A stretch of DNA of 64,000 bases, taken from Octopus bimaculoides. Lineage: Eukaryota. Made by a program: the position numbers and the translations under genes. Position 1 is the stretch's first letter. Each line of letters begins with the position of its first letter. Shown here piece by piece: positions 12,951 through 25,990 of this stretch. Location: positions 192,044,550 through 192,108,549 of the forward strand of contig NC_068982.1 of assembly GCF_001194135.2 (NCBI RefSeq), read 5' to 3'. A model generated the notes under the pieces. It did not search any database and had not been told where the DNA came from. It worked only from the letters and a program-made list of their open reading frames with translations.

Positions 12951-13862
12951 AGTGACAAGGTTTTGAATTGTTCCTGCAAGAAAGGAATCAAAGATAATCT
13001 CCGTCACTGAAATTTGTGTGATAAGAATATTGTGATGTTACATGTTGATCTCAGATAAGTCTTGTATATTTTTACTGTTCCACTTACAGATTCAGTCTGT
13101 AAACAGTATCTTGGCAGGTGTCTTTCTTCACTTGAAAATCCTAGATTCTCCAGATTGTTATTTCAATATTGACTAACATGGAAGGCAGGCAGCTGACCGT
13201 TTCGGTTGGATAGGATTGTTGCTTTTCTGTTCCAAATAACTATACTCTGGTCTGTTATATTTGCACTTGGTAGAAGTTTTGATAGGAATGTCACACCTGT
13301 ATTTCTTGTGTTGATGTGTGTGTGTTCTCTTTTCTCTTTTTAATCTTAGAGTAAATTCCAACTGGTCTCCTACTTTGGTAGCAAAGGCTGTCAAGGACAG
13401 TATTTCCTTCATCATCCTTTAAATCTTATGAAGCTCTTACAGATTTTTATAGTCCCTGATATTGTAATCATCTATGAATTAAGAATTAAGGATCTCTCCC
13501 CAAGATCCATGTATGTACATACGTACATATGTGTGTGTATATGTGTATGTAAAAATGCTGCATGTATGTATTCAACAACAACAACAGAGGTGTTGTCTAT
13601 GGGTATCCATTTTTTCTTCTTCTCTGTGGATGGTATTGTATATTGTTCTAGCAACATCATACTGCAATAATCGGATGTAGTACCATGACGATATTTTGGG
13701 GGCAGCCATTGACCATGAGTGAAAGATCTTCCATAGAAATGTGCCATGATCAACCATTTGGGTTGCATCTCAGGGATTTAAAGGTTTCACTATCGTTTTG
13801 ATCATAATATTTATGTGCATTCGTGATTACATAGATGCATCTAGATGTTTTCACACACACAA

Positions 13863-13905
<43 letters not shown>

Positions 13906-14244
13906 CAAAAGTATGTATGCTTATTTCTGTGATTTGTCGACTGCTTCTGGATTGTGTCTATGTATCCACCATTCCATGACTTGTAATTTCTTAATTAGCT
14001 GTGTTGTTTCTGATTTTGTGCAGCCCAGTTTCACAACACTGACCCCCCCCCCACCCAATAATTACTGGTATAAATCTAAAACTACAGGCCATATAGATTT
14101 CTTATTAATACACTACAGATGTTTTGTTTCCCCATCTTTTCCTTAAATGCTTTATTCAATTAATATTTAACAACCCATACACAATACAGCTGATCTCCAC
14201 AACGTCTCTGGTCAATATGTCTGAGATGTTAATAAGAACATTCC

Positions 14245-14450
14245 ATCTTGGCAGAATTGTTTGCACTCTGGGCAAAATGCTAAGCAGCATTTCATCCGTC
14301 TTTACATTCTCAGTTCAAATTCCACCAAAGTTGACCTTGCCTTTCATCCTTTTGAGATCGATAAAATAAGTACCAGTTGAGTACTGGGGTTGATGTAATC
14401 CCTAACCCCATCCCCTGAACTTGCTGGCCTTGTGCTAAAATTTGAAACCA
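14245..14450 (+). mobile_element. tRNA-SINE family M
   Basis: TTTACATTCTCAGTTCAAATTCC...TTGCCTTTCATCCTTTTGAGATCGATAAAATAAGTACCAG...GGCCTTGTGC. Confidence 0.75.
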
Positions 14451-15489
14451 TTATCATTTCATAATGTAAGTGACTCTACAAAACACTAACTTCACTATAT
14501 CTTCAGAGATCTCCTTTGTACAGATTCTATTGTACAATATTTGGGTCACAACATCTTGTCACATAAAAGACTGTATCAGAACAACATTTTCAGACAGTTG
14601 TTTATGATGTGTGTGTAACAAATTTTGTATTTATTCCTCAGAATCTGCATCATTTCTCACATCAAGATGTTTTATTGGCATCCTTATCCCTTCTATACAT
14701 CCAATATCTCATTGTTAATTCTTGTTTCTGTATTGCAACAGCAAATCCTTTAAAGTGAGAGTTAATATCTTGGTTGTTAGTTCAAGATCAGTGGTACTCG
14801 ACCATTTTGTGCCTATGGACACCTTTGATTCCTATTGTACTCCACTAGACCCCCATAGCCATTTGATGTTTAAAAAATCCTATCATATTTTTACAATCAA
14901 ATAATAGGAATTGCATAAAATATTCTTTAAATTTTTTGTGTATCATAGAAGTATAAACAATTTATTGCAGATAAATTTTAACAAAATCTTCTGTTGATCC
15001 CACGAAGGGCCATATGGCCCCTTGTTGAGAAGCACTGCTGTTCATGACAGATGACTTTGGTTGTCTAGGTTATTGGGATTTGAACTTTCTTCACTACACA
15101 GCTATTGTTTCACCATCTTCTCATCAGAAAGAAAACAAAGCCACAGAGTTGTACAACTTCTTTACACTTGTTTTCCTGGTCACCAGTCGACAAATACTTT
15201 CTGAGGAGTTTCTTTTCCAACTCTTACCATGTTATCTGCCTCATGATCTATGGATAAACTTTGATATTTAATGGCTGACAAATTTTGTCAAATGGTTAGG
15301 ATGCAACATTTAAATGTTGTTTTATGAAGCCAGGCTTCTACTTGCCTCCATTTCAGATAAATTCAAAAATCAGGAGGCAAAGATTTCAGATTTAATATCA
15401 ACAGACCAAACTCATCTTTTGTCCAAATGAGTAACCCCAACGTTGGTTATCGTGCTAACATAACAGACATATTCTGGTTTCCTTTGATT

Positions 15490-16010
15490 TGTAGAAAGCA
15501 TTTCATAGGGTACCGTGTTCAGTAATTTGGTGGGCTCGGAGGAAACTAGGTGTAGATATAAAATGGCTTATGCAGGTGGTTCAAGCTATGTATAAGGATG
15601 CAGCAAGAAAAGTGAGAGTTAGCAATGGTTTCTGTGATGAATTTAGTGTGAAGGTAAAAGTACATCAAGGTTCAGTCCTCAATCCCCTCCTATTCCTCAC
15701 TGTCCTCCAAGCCATCACTGAAGGAGTTTAAGACTGGCTGTTCATGGGAACTCCTATATGCTGATGATCTGGTACTCATAGCAGAGTCTACAGAAGAATT
15801 AGAGAAGAAATTCCTGGCATGGAAGCTAAACCTGGAATTGAGGGGCCTTAAGGTTAATCTGGCAAAAGATTAAAGTTTTAGTAAGTAGAAAAGATGACAG
15901 GTTCCTGGTACCTTCAGGGAAGAGGCCTTGCTGAATATGTAGAAAAGGGGTAGCTATAAACCCCTTATGCTGTACGTGATGTAAGCTATGGATACACAAG
16001 AGATGTTGTG
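15490..16010 (+). mobile_element. RTE-clade LINE reverse-transcriptase fragment
   Basis: Encodes VHQGSVLNPLLF and ELLYADDLVLIAES motifs, broken by frameshifts and stops. Confidence 0.85.
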
Positions 16011-16264
16011 CTTTTTGTTGGGTGACTTTAGTGGAGTCAACTAAAGGACTTGGGCTTGAGGAAAACTTTTCCAGTCTGAAAATAATTGCCTTCTACGAGT
16101 TAAAGAAGCTCTGACAAAGGGTCCGGGGTTGGGGTGAAGTGGTGGAGGGGCTGCCCATTTCCCCTTGACTAAGCCATTTGCAAACATTAAAAAAAAAAAT
16201 TGAATTGCATTTTTTTTACCAATTTAATCAATTCTGCCTCACGTCATAAGACTGGAACAATAAA

Positions 16265-16566
16265 GAAGAATGTAATTCATACCCTCTAGAAAATAAATAC
16301 ATCTTAAAAACCTTATTCAAAAAAATCAATAAAATAATAACTAGTAAATGGCATAAAAATGACTACGCACATTTCGTAGCTATATTTTCAAATAGATAAC
16401 TACTAAAACTAATTTGATTAATAATCAAATCGATCTACAGTTAAATCTATTCAAAAATATAGTCACATAGTCATTTTATACCATTTACTAGTTATTATTT
16501 TATTGATTTTTTGAATAAGGTTTTTAAGATATATTTATTTTCTAGAGGGTATGAATTATATTCTTC
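16265..16566. repeat. AT-rich foldback / long inverted repeat (possible MITE)
   Basis: Arms 16265-16367 and 16466-16566 are reverse complements with about 4 substitutions and 2 one-base indels. Inner stems converge on ATTTGATTA-A-TAATCAAAT (16412-16430). Confidence 0.9.
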
Positions 16567-16754
16567 ATTACTGAATTATTTAATAATGGTTTTTCTTTAA
16601 ATTATATACATATATTTTATATTGGGAAATTTGATTTAGTATTGCTAAATTGAATTTTTCCCTGTAAGTTTTGGACTTTATTCCCTAATATTATTATTAT
16701 TATTATATATATATATATAACTTTATAAAGTTTATGAAACATATTGTGCAATTC

Positions 16755-16970
16755 TTTTCTACTCTAAGGCACAAGGCCTGAAATTTTTGGGGAGGGTCCA
16801 GTCGATTAGATCAACTTCAGTACGCAACTGGTACTTAATTTATCAACCCTGAAAGGATGAAAGGCAAAGTCGACCTTGGCAGAATTTGAACTCAGAACGT
16901 AAAGACAGACAAAATACCGCTAAGCATTTCACCCAGTGTGCTAACATTTCTGCCAGCTCACCGCCTTTGA
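16755..16970 (-). mobile_element. tRNA-SINE family M, well-preserved copy
   Basis: Minus strand: AGGCGGTGAGCTGGCAGAAATGTTAG ... GTTCTGAGTTCAAATT ... GTCGACTTTGCCTTTCATCCTTTCAGGGTTGATAAATTAAGTACCAG ... GGCCTTGTGCC. Confidence 0.85.
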
Positions 16971-17200
16971 AACATATCATGCAATTATAAGTATAAACAC
17001 CATGTTGTATTATATCATAGAGTGAGTTTTATGAAGAGAAATTATAAATCCATCTACAATCGGTAGAAGTTACACAAATATAAAAGAGGGTATATACATA
17101 TATAAAAATATAATACTATAAGATATAAAATTCTCTTATGAAGAATTTATGAAACGAAAAAATAAAATATTTCATTGCGAATGAAATAAAATATACAACA

Positions 17201-17260
17201 GAGATAAAAAGAGATAAAAAGAGATAAAAAGAGATAAAAAGAGATAAAAAGAGATAAAAT
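17201..17260. repeat. (GAGATAAAAA)6 decamer tandem repeat
   Basis: Direct inspection. Confidence 0.95.
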
Positions 17261-17574
17261 AATATAGGATAAGTCAAGGTATGCTTAATAAATGCCAATT
17301 AAAAAATAAATAAAAGATAAAGGTGCCATTGGAAATGGTTTTATAAGATATTTGTAAAATATATTAGAGACACAGAAATGTGTAGAATAATAACAATTCA
17401 CAGGGGGTATGCCTTATACTTAGTGGAGGCACAAGCTCTAGCAATCTGTTGCAAATTCACATATTAGGAAAGAAAATCCAAGCACGGAAGGGGAAAATAT
17501 GTAATATAAATATTGAAGGAATGCAGATTAAAATGTAAGGGGCTATTATAGAAGCAATACTACATATATATTCT

Positions 17575-17771
17575 TTTACTTGTTTCAGTCATCTTGACTG
17601 TGGCCATGCTGGAGCACTGCCTTTCATCAAACAAATCAACCCCAAGACTTATTCTTTGTAAGCCTAGTACTTATTCTATCGGTCTCTTTTGCCGAACCGC
17701 TAAGTTACGGGGATGTGAACATTGTCAAGCAATGGTGGAGGGGGGACAAACACAGACACACAAATACATAC

Positions 17772-17815
<44 letters not shown>

Positions 17816-18150
17816 AATCCAAACTTGAGCAAGCAAGAAAAAGCAACAACATGAGAACATGGAATAAGTACTGTGTTATTGGACGCTCAAGAAAGGAAAG
17901 AAAAGAAAGAGGATTTCACGTTTCAAGCGGAGCTCTTCAGAAATATAGAAAAAGTCCAAAGGAGGGAAGACAAAGAAAGAAAATCGGCAATGATACACAC
18001 GCGGTCACATATTGAAATATATACATATATATATATTTATATTACAAGGCTTTGATCAGCCTGAGGCTATAGCAGAAAACACTTGCCCAAGGTGTCACAC
18101 AGTGGGACTGAACCCGGAACCATGTGATTGGGAAGTAAGCTTCTTATCAC
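17575..18150 (-). mobile_element. Family C SINE split at its (TA)n spacer by a Penelope-type fragment (about 17812-18015)
   Basis: 3' module 17575-17760, (TA)n, about 200 bp insert containing a degenerate hammerhead-like CTGAAGAGCTCCGCTTGAAACGTG (minus strand), TA-rich run, then SINE head 18043-18150. Confidence 0.65.
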
Positions 18151-18484
18151 ACAGCAACTCCTATATATATAATCTATTTAAAGGACACAATACATGTTTT
18201 TAAGTGCTACTAATAGTTTCATATGTTGAGAAATATCTCAATCATATTCATCAGGCACAAACCAAAGATCATAACGAACTTAAAAAATTAAATAAGAGAA
18301 AAAACACAAAAAAAGCTGAGAAGACAACATCCAGAAAATGTGGAAGGCTAAAAAATGGGAAATGAAAAAGTGAAAAGGGTAAAAACATTATCTTCCATAG
18401 AGCTTAAATTATAAGGCTGGAAAGATATCAACAGATCTATATCAGGTATAAACAGAATTTTCCAATTCTTCAAAATATATTCAC

Positions 18485-18822
18485 GTGGCTGCATGGTAAG
18501 AAGCTTGCTTCCCAACCACATGGTTCTGGGTTCAGTCCCACTGTGTGGCATTTTGGGCAAATGTCTTCTGCTATAGCCTTGGGCTGACGAAGGCCTTGTG
18601 AATGGATTTGGTAGATAGAAACTGAAAGAAGCCTGTCGTATATATATATGTGTGTCTGTGTTTGTCCCCTCCACTACCGCTTTACAACTGATGTTGGTGT
18701 GCTTACATCCCTGTAACTTAGTGGTTCAACAAAAGAGACCGATAGAATAAGTACTAGGCTTACAAAGAATAAGTTCTGGCCACAGTCAGATGACTGAAAC
18801 AAGTAAAAGAATAGAAGAAAAG
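18485..18822 (+). mobile_element. Composite tRNA-SINE (family C)
   Basis: GTGGCTGCATGGTAAGAAG head, GGTTCAGTCCC B-box, core, short spacer, 3' module. Confidence 0.85.
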
Positions 18823-18824
18823 AA

Positions 18825-19430
18825 TGTTTGCAACTGCTGAAAATTTCAGGCCTAGAGTTCAGTAGAGAATTAGGGACCTTAGATGTGAAAAGGATCTGAG
18901 TTCTTTGAGTTAAACATAGCCTACATTTATTTGATCCATTACCATAAGGTGTGGATTTCTCAATTATTTTCCACTTAATCACATGCAATGCTTTGTTAGC
19001 TTTCAAACTCTATACATGGCTAGCCAATAGCTTTGCTTTTGGCCTTATGTCCCTATGTGATTGGCAGAGCAATTTTTAAATTCTCCTTCACATAATGCAA
19101 CATAGGCCTTCTTATCTGTAGTTTTATTTAGTGTTGCAGTTAATTCTGCCTCATATATGACAGATTTCATCATACATCATTGGTCAAGTGGACAGGATTC
19201 TGATTTACAACAGTTACAACTGGATTTAGGCTTTTGGTATTGACCTCGTGCAATGATACTTTTCATATTGGGACAGCAGCAATATGATAATTTCACACAA
19301 CGCCTATGAAATAGTTCCCTATATCTGTGAGTTGCTGGAAAGTGTTTATCTAGGAGAGAAAATAATCTACCTCTTCCACAAGTTCCTGCCACAGTTAGAG
19401 ATCTAAGATCCCTAACTCTCTACTGAATTC
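18825..19430 (-). mobile_element. Decayed Penelope-like element: RT-EN linker and GIY-YIG endonuclease
   Basis: Minus-strand translation: LLDKHFPATHRY...VKLSYCCCPNMKSII...CNCCKSESCPLDQ*C..SVIYEAEL...KAYVALCEGEFK...NH, then IKWKIIEKSTPY....CRLCL...LLNSRPEIFSSCKH. These are typical PLE Cys-linker and GIY-YIG C-terminal motifs. Confidence 0.8.
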
Positions 19431-19559
19431 TAGGTCTGAAATTTTCAGCAGTTGGAATCCATGCCAGAATGGAAAACAGATGTTAAACAATGATGATGAT
19501 GATGATGGTTCATTGTTTCAAAGATTTAATTCTATACCAAAGATTCACTATTTCTCTTT

Positions 19560-19626
<67 letters not shown>

Positions 19627-20014
19627 ACACACACAGCTAAATGTTTTTGCTCTGTTTAGCAATTTTTATAAAACTTTTATCTGAAGTGACTCCGCTTCAA
19701 TTAAAACCAAACAGAGTGGAAAGTACGATAATAACAGTGAAATGAAACTTGACTCATGAATCACACACACACACACACACACACACACATGGATCTCTCT
19801 CTCTCTCACACACACACATTCACACACTACCACAAATACATACACCATATATATAGATGTGGCTGTGTGGTAAGAAGTTTGTTTCCCAACCACATGGTTC
19901 TGGGTTCATTCCCACTAAGTGGAAAAGTGCCTTTTATTTTAAACCCAATCAAAGTCTTGTGAAAGGATTTGAAAGATATAAACTGTAAGAAGTCTGTCAT
20001 ATATAGATATATAT

Positions 20015-20500
20015 ATTATCATCATCATCACTTAACGTCTGTTGTCCATGCTGGCATGGGTTGGACGATATGACCAGACAGGTCAGCTGGGGAGCTGCAC
20101 AGGGTTTCTATGGCTGGATGCCCTTCCTAAAGCCAGTCACTTTACAGAGTCTGCTGGATGCTTTTACGTGATGCCACCACGACTGCTTTACATCACCAGA
20201 GCGACTGGCCTTAACACTTCTGCAGTGGAGTACAGATCGTCTGGAGTACAGTAAAGCGATAGGCACCTTGGTCCTTTGTCATCTTGCCTGAAAGGTTCAG
20301 TGTCCAGAGGTCACTCTTTAGTACTCCTTCCAAGTCTTCTTGGGTCTCCCACTCCCATGTGTTCCATCTATTTTGAGAGATCGGCAGTTCTTTATGGAGC
20401 TGTTGGCATCCACCCACATCACATGACCAAACCAGCACATTCTTCGTTTGCCTAACTTCTCTCTCAGAATACTGGCATTCTGTCAAACATGCACAGCTAA
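20015..20500 (-). mobile_element. RTE LINE 3' end
   Basis: Minus strand carries the C-terminal VLKSDLWTLNLSGKMTKDQG segment and the family 3' tail. Confidence 0.75.
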
Positions 20501-20574
20501 GACATTTATAAATGCTTCTCATAAAAAAAAGTCTCAAAACTTCTTGAAGGCACCTTAAGATATCTGGCTGGGTA

Positions 20575-22230
20575 GGATAGAGTCCAGTCACCCAAATAGT
20601 TAATCAGGGTATTCAGGAGGGTGTCATCCCCAATGACTGGTGTAGCAGCATTATAGTCAGCTGCTACAAGGGTAAAGGAGATGCTTCAGGTAGAAGTAAT
20701 TACAGAGGCATCAAGTTGCTGGATCAGGTCATGAAAGGGACAGAAAGAGTTATAGCCCAGTTAATTAGGAGCAGAATCAGATTAGATGAAATGCAGTTTG
20801 GTTTTGGGCCCCAGAGAAGCACTGCTGATGTTTTCTTTATAGTCAGACAACTGCAGCAAAAGTATTTGGCCAAGAATAAACCATTGTACTTGAAGTTGTT
20901 AACTTAGAGAAAGCCTTTAACAGAGTGCCCCGCTGTGCGATATGGTAGGCTCTGAGGAAATAAAGGGTAGACAGGTGGCTTGTGAAAGCCATACAAGCCA
21001 TGTACTGAGGTTCTGTCAGTAAGGTGAGAGTTAACCATGAGTATAGCGATGAATTTAGTGTACAGGTGGGTGTTCATCAGGTTTCAGTTCTCAGTCCCCT
21101 CCTATTCACTATCGTCATCCAGGCCATAACAGAAGAATTCAAGTCTGGCTGCCCCTGGGAACTGTTATCTGATGATCTTACTCTTATAGTAGATTCTGTA
21201 ATAGAACTAGAAAAGGAATTCAAGGTGTGGAAGCAAAACCTGGAATCTAAGGGCCTTAAGATTAACTTAACAAAGGCAAGAAAACAGGCAGGACCCTTCC
21301 CTCCACTTAATATGTAGAAAAGGAGTAAGCAGGAATTCCATATGGTGTGCCCAGTGCAAGCTATGGACACACAAGAGTTTGTATTTGGAAGTTGCATAGG
21401 ATCCATAAAAAACTACAGCTACTTGGGGAAACTGATTTTCTCAAATGCCCCAGAGGCTCTTTAGAGGTAATGGACAATTTCTGCTATCTAGGAGACCTAA
21501 TTAGCTGTCGGGGAGGATGCACAGAGAGTGTAATAGCTAGAATAAGAATAGGATGGAGAAAATTCAGAGAGCTTTTACCTCTGTTGGCAACCAAAGGTTT
21601 TTCTCTCCAAATGAAAGGAAGATTGTATGATGCATGTATATGAACAGCAATGCTACATGGTAGTCAGACATGGGTCCTGAATGTAGATGACAGAGAGGAA
21701 TGAAGCTGGTATGCTCCACTGGATGTGCAATGTAAGTGCCACAGAGCACTAGGGTATTGAGGGGCAAGTTAGGCATAAGATGAATTCGATGCAAGAAAGA
21801 AGACTGTGGTAGTTGTGCCATGTGTTGCGTATGGATGTAGAGAGTTGCACAGAGAAGTAGCAATCAAAGTAGATGGAATTTGTGGAAGAGGGAGACCCAG
21901 GAAGACATGGCAGGGAGTATTGAAAGTCAATCTCAAAAACACTGAGCCTTACAAAGGAGATGACTGAGGACAGAGACGGCTGGTGCCTTGCTGTATTCCA
22001 GAAGCCACAGCAGAATTGATACTGGCATTGATGCCACATAAAAAGCAATTGTGCTGGTGCCATGTTAAAAGTACTGGTGCTGGTTTCACATAAAAAGCAC
22101 CCAGTATGTTCTGTGGAGTGGTTGGTATTAGGAAGGGCATCCAGCCATAGAAACCATGCCAAATCAGACTGAAGCCTGGTTCAGCCCCTGGCCTCACTAA
22201 CTCCATGGTGATGATGATGATGATGATGAT
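20575..22230 (+). mobile_element. RTE LINE, RT through 3' tail, degenerate
   Basis: YRGIKLLDQVMKGTERVIAQLIRSRIRLDEMQFGF, VGVHQVSVLSPLLF, FCYLGDLIS...KGRLYDACI, (GAT)n tail. Confidence 0.9.
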
Positions 22231-22350
22231 GATGATATATATATACATACATATATANNNNNNNNNNNNNNNNNNNNNNNNNNNNNNNNNNNNNNNNNNN
22301 NNNNNNNNNNNNNNNNNNNNNNNNNNNNNNNNNNNNNNNNNNNNNNNNNN

Positions 22351-22384
<34 letters not shown>

Positions 22385-22939
22385 GAATTAGATGCATATA
22401 TATATATTTAATATTTTGGACCAATGGGTATGTGTTGATCAGTGTGTTGAGCACTGGCACAGTTTGGGGCTGTCTGGTGTCACCCACAGTCTGGGTGTAT
22501 TACAGTTGGATCTACTTCGAGAACTCCTCAGTGTTAGTTGAGATAATAATAATTTTTTTAAGTAACCAGAAGATGGATTTGGCATTAATCTTCAAGTGTC
22601 ATTGCAACCATGTGATAAATAACGACACACTTCTTATGTATTGAGTATTTTTTCTCTTATTGTTTGTGAAGTCAAAATTACACACATACACATATCAATA
22701 CACATTATAAATATACACACATATATATAAACATACTTATCTACACAAAAGAGAGGGAGAGACAAAATTCTGTAGATGTATTGTTTCAGTAAAAACACAG
22801 CATTTCTCTAAATAAACATTGAAGTTAAAACACAACTTTTTCTCTTTGTGAGTCGAGAGATTGACTCTCAGCTAGTTTTAGTATATTGTATCACTTCATC
22901 AGTGATCACACCATTTCAAATTCCATACGTCTAACACTC

Positions 22940-23410
22940 ATGGACATCATCATCATTTAACATCCATTCTCCATGCTGGCATGGGTTGGACGGTTTGACA
23001 GGAGTTGGCCAGCTGGAGAGCTGCACCTGGCTCCATTTATCTGTTTTGATACAGTTTCTATGGTTGGATGGCTTTCCTAATGGGCCAACAACTTCACAGA
23101 GTGTGGACTGTGTGCTTTCATGTGACACTGTGCTTTTATGTGGCACCTGTACCCACAAGCCTGTAAGACTAGAATCTCTTAGTTGAAAGAGAAATATTGA
23201 GGACACAGCTGTGTGCATGGACAGCCATGATTTTTACTTAGCTTGATGTGTCTTCTTAAGCACAGGAAACTGCTAGAAGTCTCAGTCCCTTATCATCTCC
23301 TCTGTGAAGCCCAATGCCTGAAAATTCTTTCTCACCACTTTACCCCATGTCTTCCTTGGTCTACCCCTTCTACATATTCTCTACACAATTAGAGGCTGGC
23401 AGCACTTTTT
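22940..23410 (-). mobile_element. RTE LINE 3' end
   Basis: Minus-strand RPRKT-type C-terminus and 3' tail. A short plus-strand KAIKDMKTGKAPGPS fragment follows at about 23440-23487. Confidence 0.75.
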
Positions 23411-24066
23411 GATGGAGCTGTCCTCATCCAGTAGCTTAGAAGATAAAGCAATTAAGGATATGAAGACAGGGAAAGCCCCCGGCCCATCACGACATACAAA
23501 ATCAAAAAGCAACACAGCATCCATCATTATCATCACCCAATGTTTTAAATCCGGTTTTGTCCCCATTAACAGTGGTGGTCGGATCTACCTCAATGCCATA
23601 GCAACCGAGGTAGGCAGGTGCTGCCCAACCCAACCTTTGGGCTGGCTGGTGCCCATTCTCCTTTGCTATCATGAGGCTTTTTTGGAGCTGGATTTTCTAT
23701 GGGGAGCATGCCCTTGCTTACCCCCAACCTCAGTTTCTAGATATGAGTGGTCCTGAGACCAAGGCCTCTACCATGATTTTTAAGAAATGTGGTGCTCAGA
23801 ATTGCTGAAGCATGAAATAATCTACATGCATCAGTTGTTGGCTGTCAGCACAATACATCCTTCAAAACTTCCATGCTTCCTGAAATTTGCCAACTGTACA
23901 CCTGATGTCTCCACCATTTTTGTCTTTTTTAAACAACTTATTCACTGTTCACTTTCTGTGCATTATTCTAGGTACTGTCCATACATTTTCAGCTACCTTT
24001 TCTGGTGAGTTGTCGGCACCTGAACTCTGTATACATCTCACCTAGATCGTCTCATAGGACCCCCTC

Positions 24067-24137
<71 letters not shown>
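24067..24137. repeat. (ATT)n microsatellite
   Basis: Direct inspection. Confidence 0.98.
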
Positions 24138-24139
<2 letters not shown>

Positions 24140-24741
24140 AAAGTTTTATAGTTATTACACAGCAACACTTAGGTGTGTGTATCTACAAGTGTAACTTATA
24201 CGTGTATTGCCAATGAATAAATAAATACATGCACACACACACACATATATGTATATGTGTGTGTGTGTGTGTGTGCATGTATCGTGTGTTTATGTGATTA
24301 TGCTAATGTTATGCTTGTATAGATGCATGAAGGCATGTATGTATATTGGTGTATGTATGAATGCATGCATTTATACATGTATGCATGTCTACACACGCCA
24401 ATATGCACATATGCAAGGGTGATGAATTTGCAGAATTTTTGGAGCATCAGAAAAAAATGCCTTGTGGTATTTATCCAGCTCTTTACATTCTGAGTTCAAA
24501 CCTTACCATGGTCAACTTTGCCTTCTGATTTTTTTCAGGGTTGATAAAATAAAATACCAGTAAAATATTGGGACTGATCATATTGACTGACCATCTCCAC
24601 TTTAAATTGCTCACCTTACCTACATTAGAAACTCTTATAATTAATTAGTATTATAAATTTATAGATTCTCAATGTCACACACACACACACACACACACCA
24701 TGCATGCAGAACTGTCTTCATGAGAATAACAACAGTATGTA

Positions 24742-24783
<42 letters not shown>

Positions 24784-24925
24784 CGGCTGCGGTGGCAGTG
24801 GTAGTAGTAGTAGTGTGTCATGTAGCTGCAATGACATGAGCTCCTATAAACAAAGGTAGCTGACATTGTGTCAACAATGATTAGGGATGTACACAAATAA
24901 AAGGATTAGCTAAAATGAAACTCAC

Positions 24926-24996
24926 TTCTTAAAGGAGCTGCTGGCCCTTGTTATTGCTTCAATAGTGACAGCATATTTCTATAGAAGCCTGCTCTA
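24926..24996 (-). other. Candidate small exon (minus strand)
   Basis: Donor AA|GTGAGT. One acceptor, CTTCTTTACTTTTTGTTTGTGATATTCAAG, gives a 71-nt exon closed in all frames. A weaker acceptor at 24979-24980 gives a 53-nt exon reading KYAVTIEAITRASSSFK. Confidence 0.25.
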
Positions 24997-25577
24997 CTTG
25001 AATATCACAAACAAAAAGTAAAGAAGATAGACTGAGCCATGAGACCTAGGGAAAGGGAGCAGTGTCTCCCTCCCCATGGACCAAGCTATGTATGTATTAT
25101 TAAAAGTGCACCTAGTGTTGTTGGTGGAAACTGCAGCGGTCGTTATTTCCTTCCAGTCACTGTGACACAGCCAGGAATAAAAATCGACAAAAGAAAAAAA
25201 AAACTAGAGATTTCTCTCCCCTACTATTTCTCTGATGATTTCATTCTCATGGAAAATATATTCTAGGAATACAGATCAACCAGTATATTACTGGTACTTT
25301 GTTTCTCAATGCCTAGAAGGAAGAACGTACATATCGACATCAGCTTTTAAAACAGGGCACTTGCGTTTGTTAGAAACTGCAACAAACAAGTTTGAAGAGC
25401 TGGAAGGTGTGCGTGTGTGTGTGTGTGTGTGAGAAAGAGAGAGAGTGTGTGGAAACAGAGAGAGTGAAAGTGAGAGAAAGGAAAGAAGGATAGAAAGATA
25501 GGAAAAGAGACAGATGAGAAGGGAGAGAGAGACAGATGAGGAGGGAGAGAGAGAGAGATGAAGAGAGAGAGAGATGA

Positions 25578-25624
<47 letters not shown>

Positions 25625-25806
25625 TGAGGAGGGAGAGAGAGGAGAGATGAAGAGAGAGAGAGACAGACAGACAGATGAGGAGGGAGAGAGAGGAGAGAGT
25701 TCTTATATTTGTCCTTCGTTACATTGGTTGATATCGAAATCTTTAAATTCTGTAGTAAATTTTAAGAACTACATTTGTGCGTCTGTCTGTCTCCTTCTCC
25801 TACCCT

Positions 25807-25842
<36 letters not shown>

Positions 25843-25990
25843 TTGTCAGTATTTATGTAGTCCTTTATTTTGCAGAGGTCATGTTTTTGATCTGCAGACT
25901 CTGTCATCAAATCATTTAGAATGACCCCTTTACTTGATTATCATCACAACCAGATGCCGCATCTTTCTTACTGGGTCCTCTGAACATTCT

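Noticed and set aside
13089-13230. Minus-strand exon ending at a GTAAGT donor (about 13088)
   Set aside because: No convincing acceptor, and an upstream in-frame stop.
15107-15127. Minus-strand CUGAUGA...GAAAC hammerhead core
   Set aside because: The intervening GAAGAUGGU cannot form stem II, and no NUH site or stem I follows. A chance match.
17340-17570. Possible further Penelope-type terminal fragment with a hammerhead
   Set aside because: TA-flanked and repeat-like, but I could not find a core or foldable stems.
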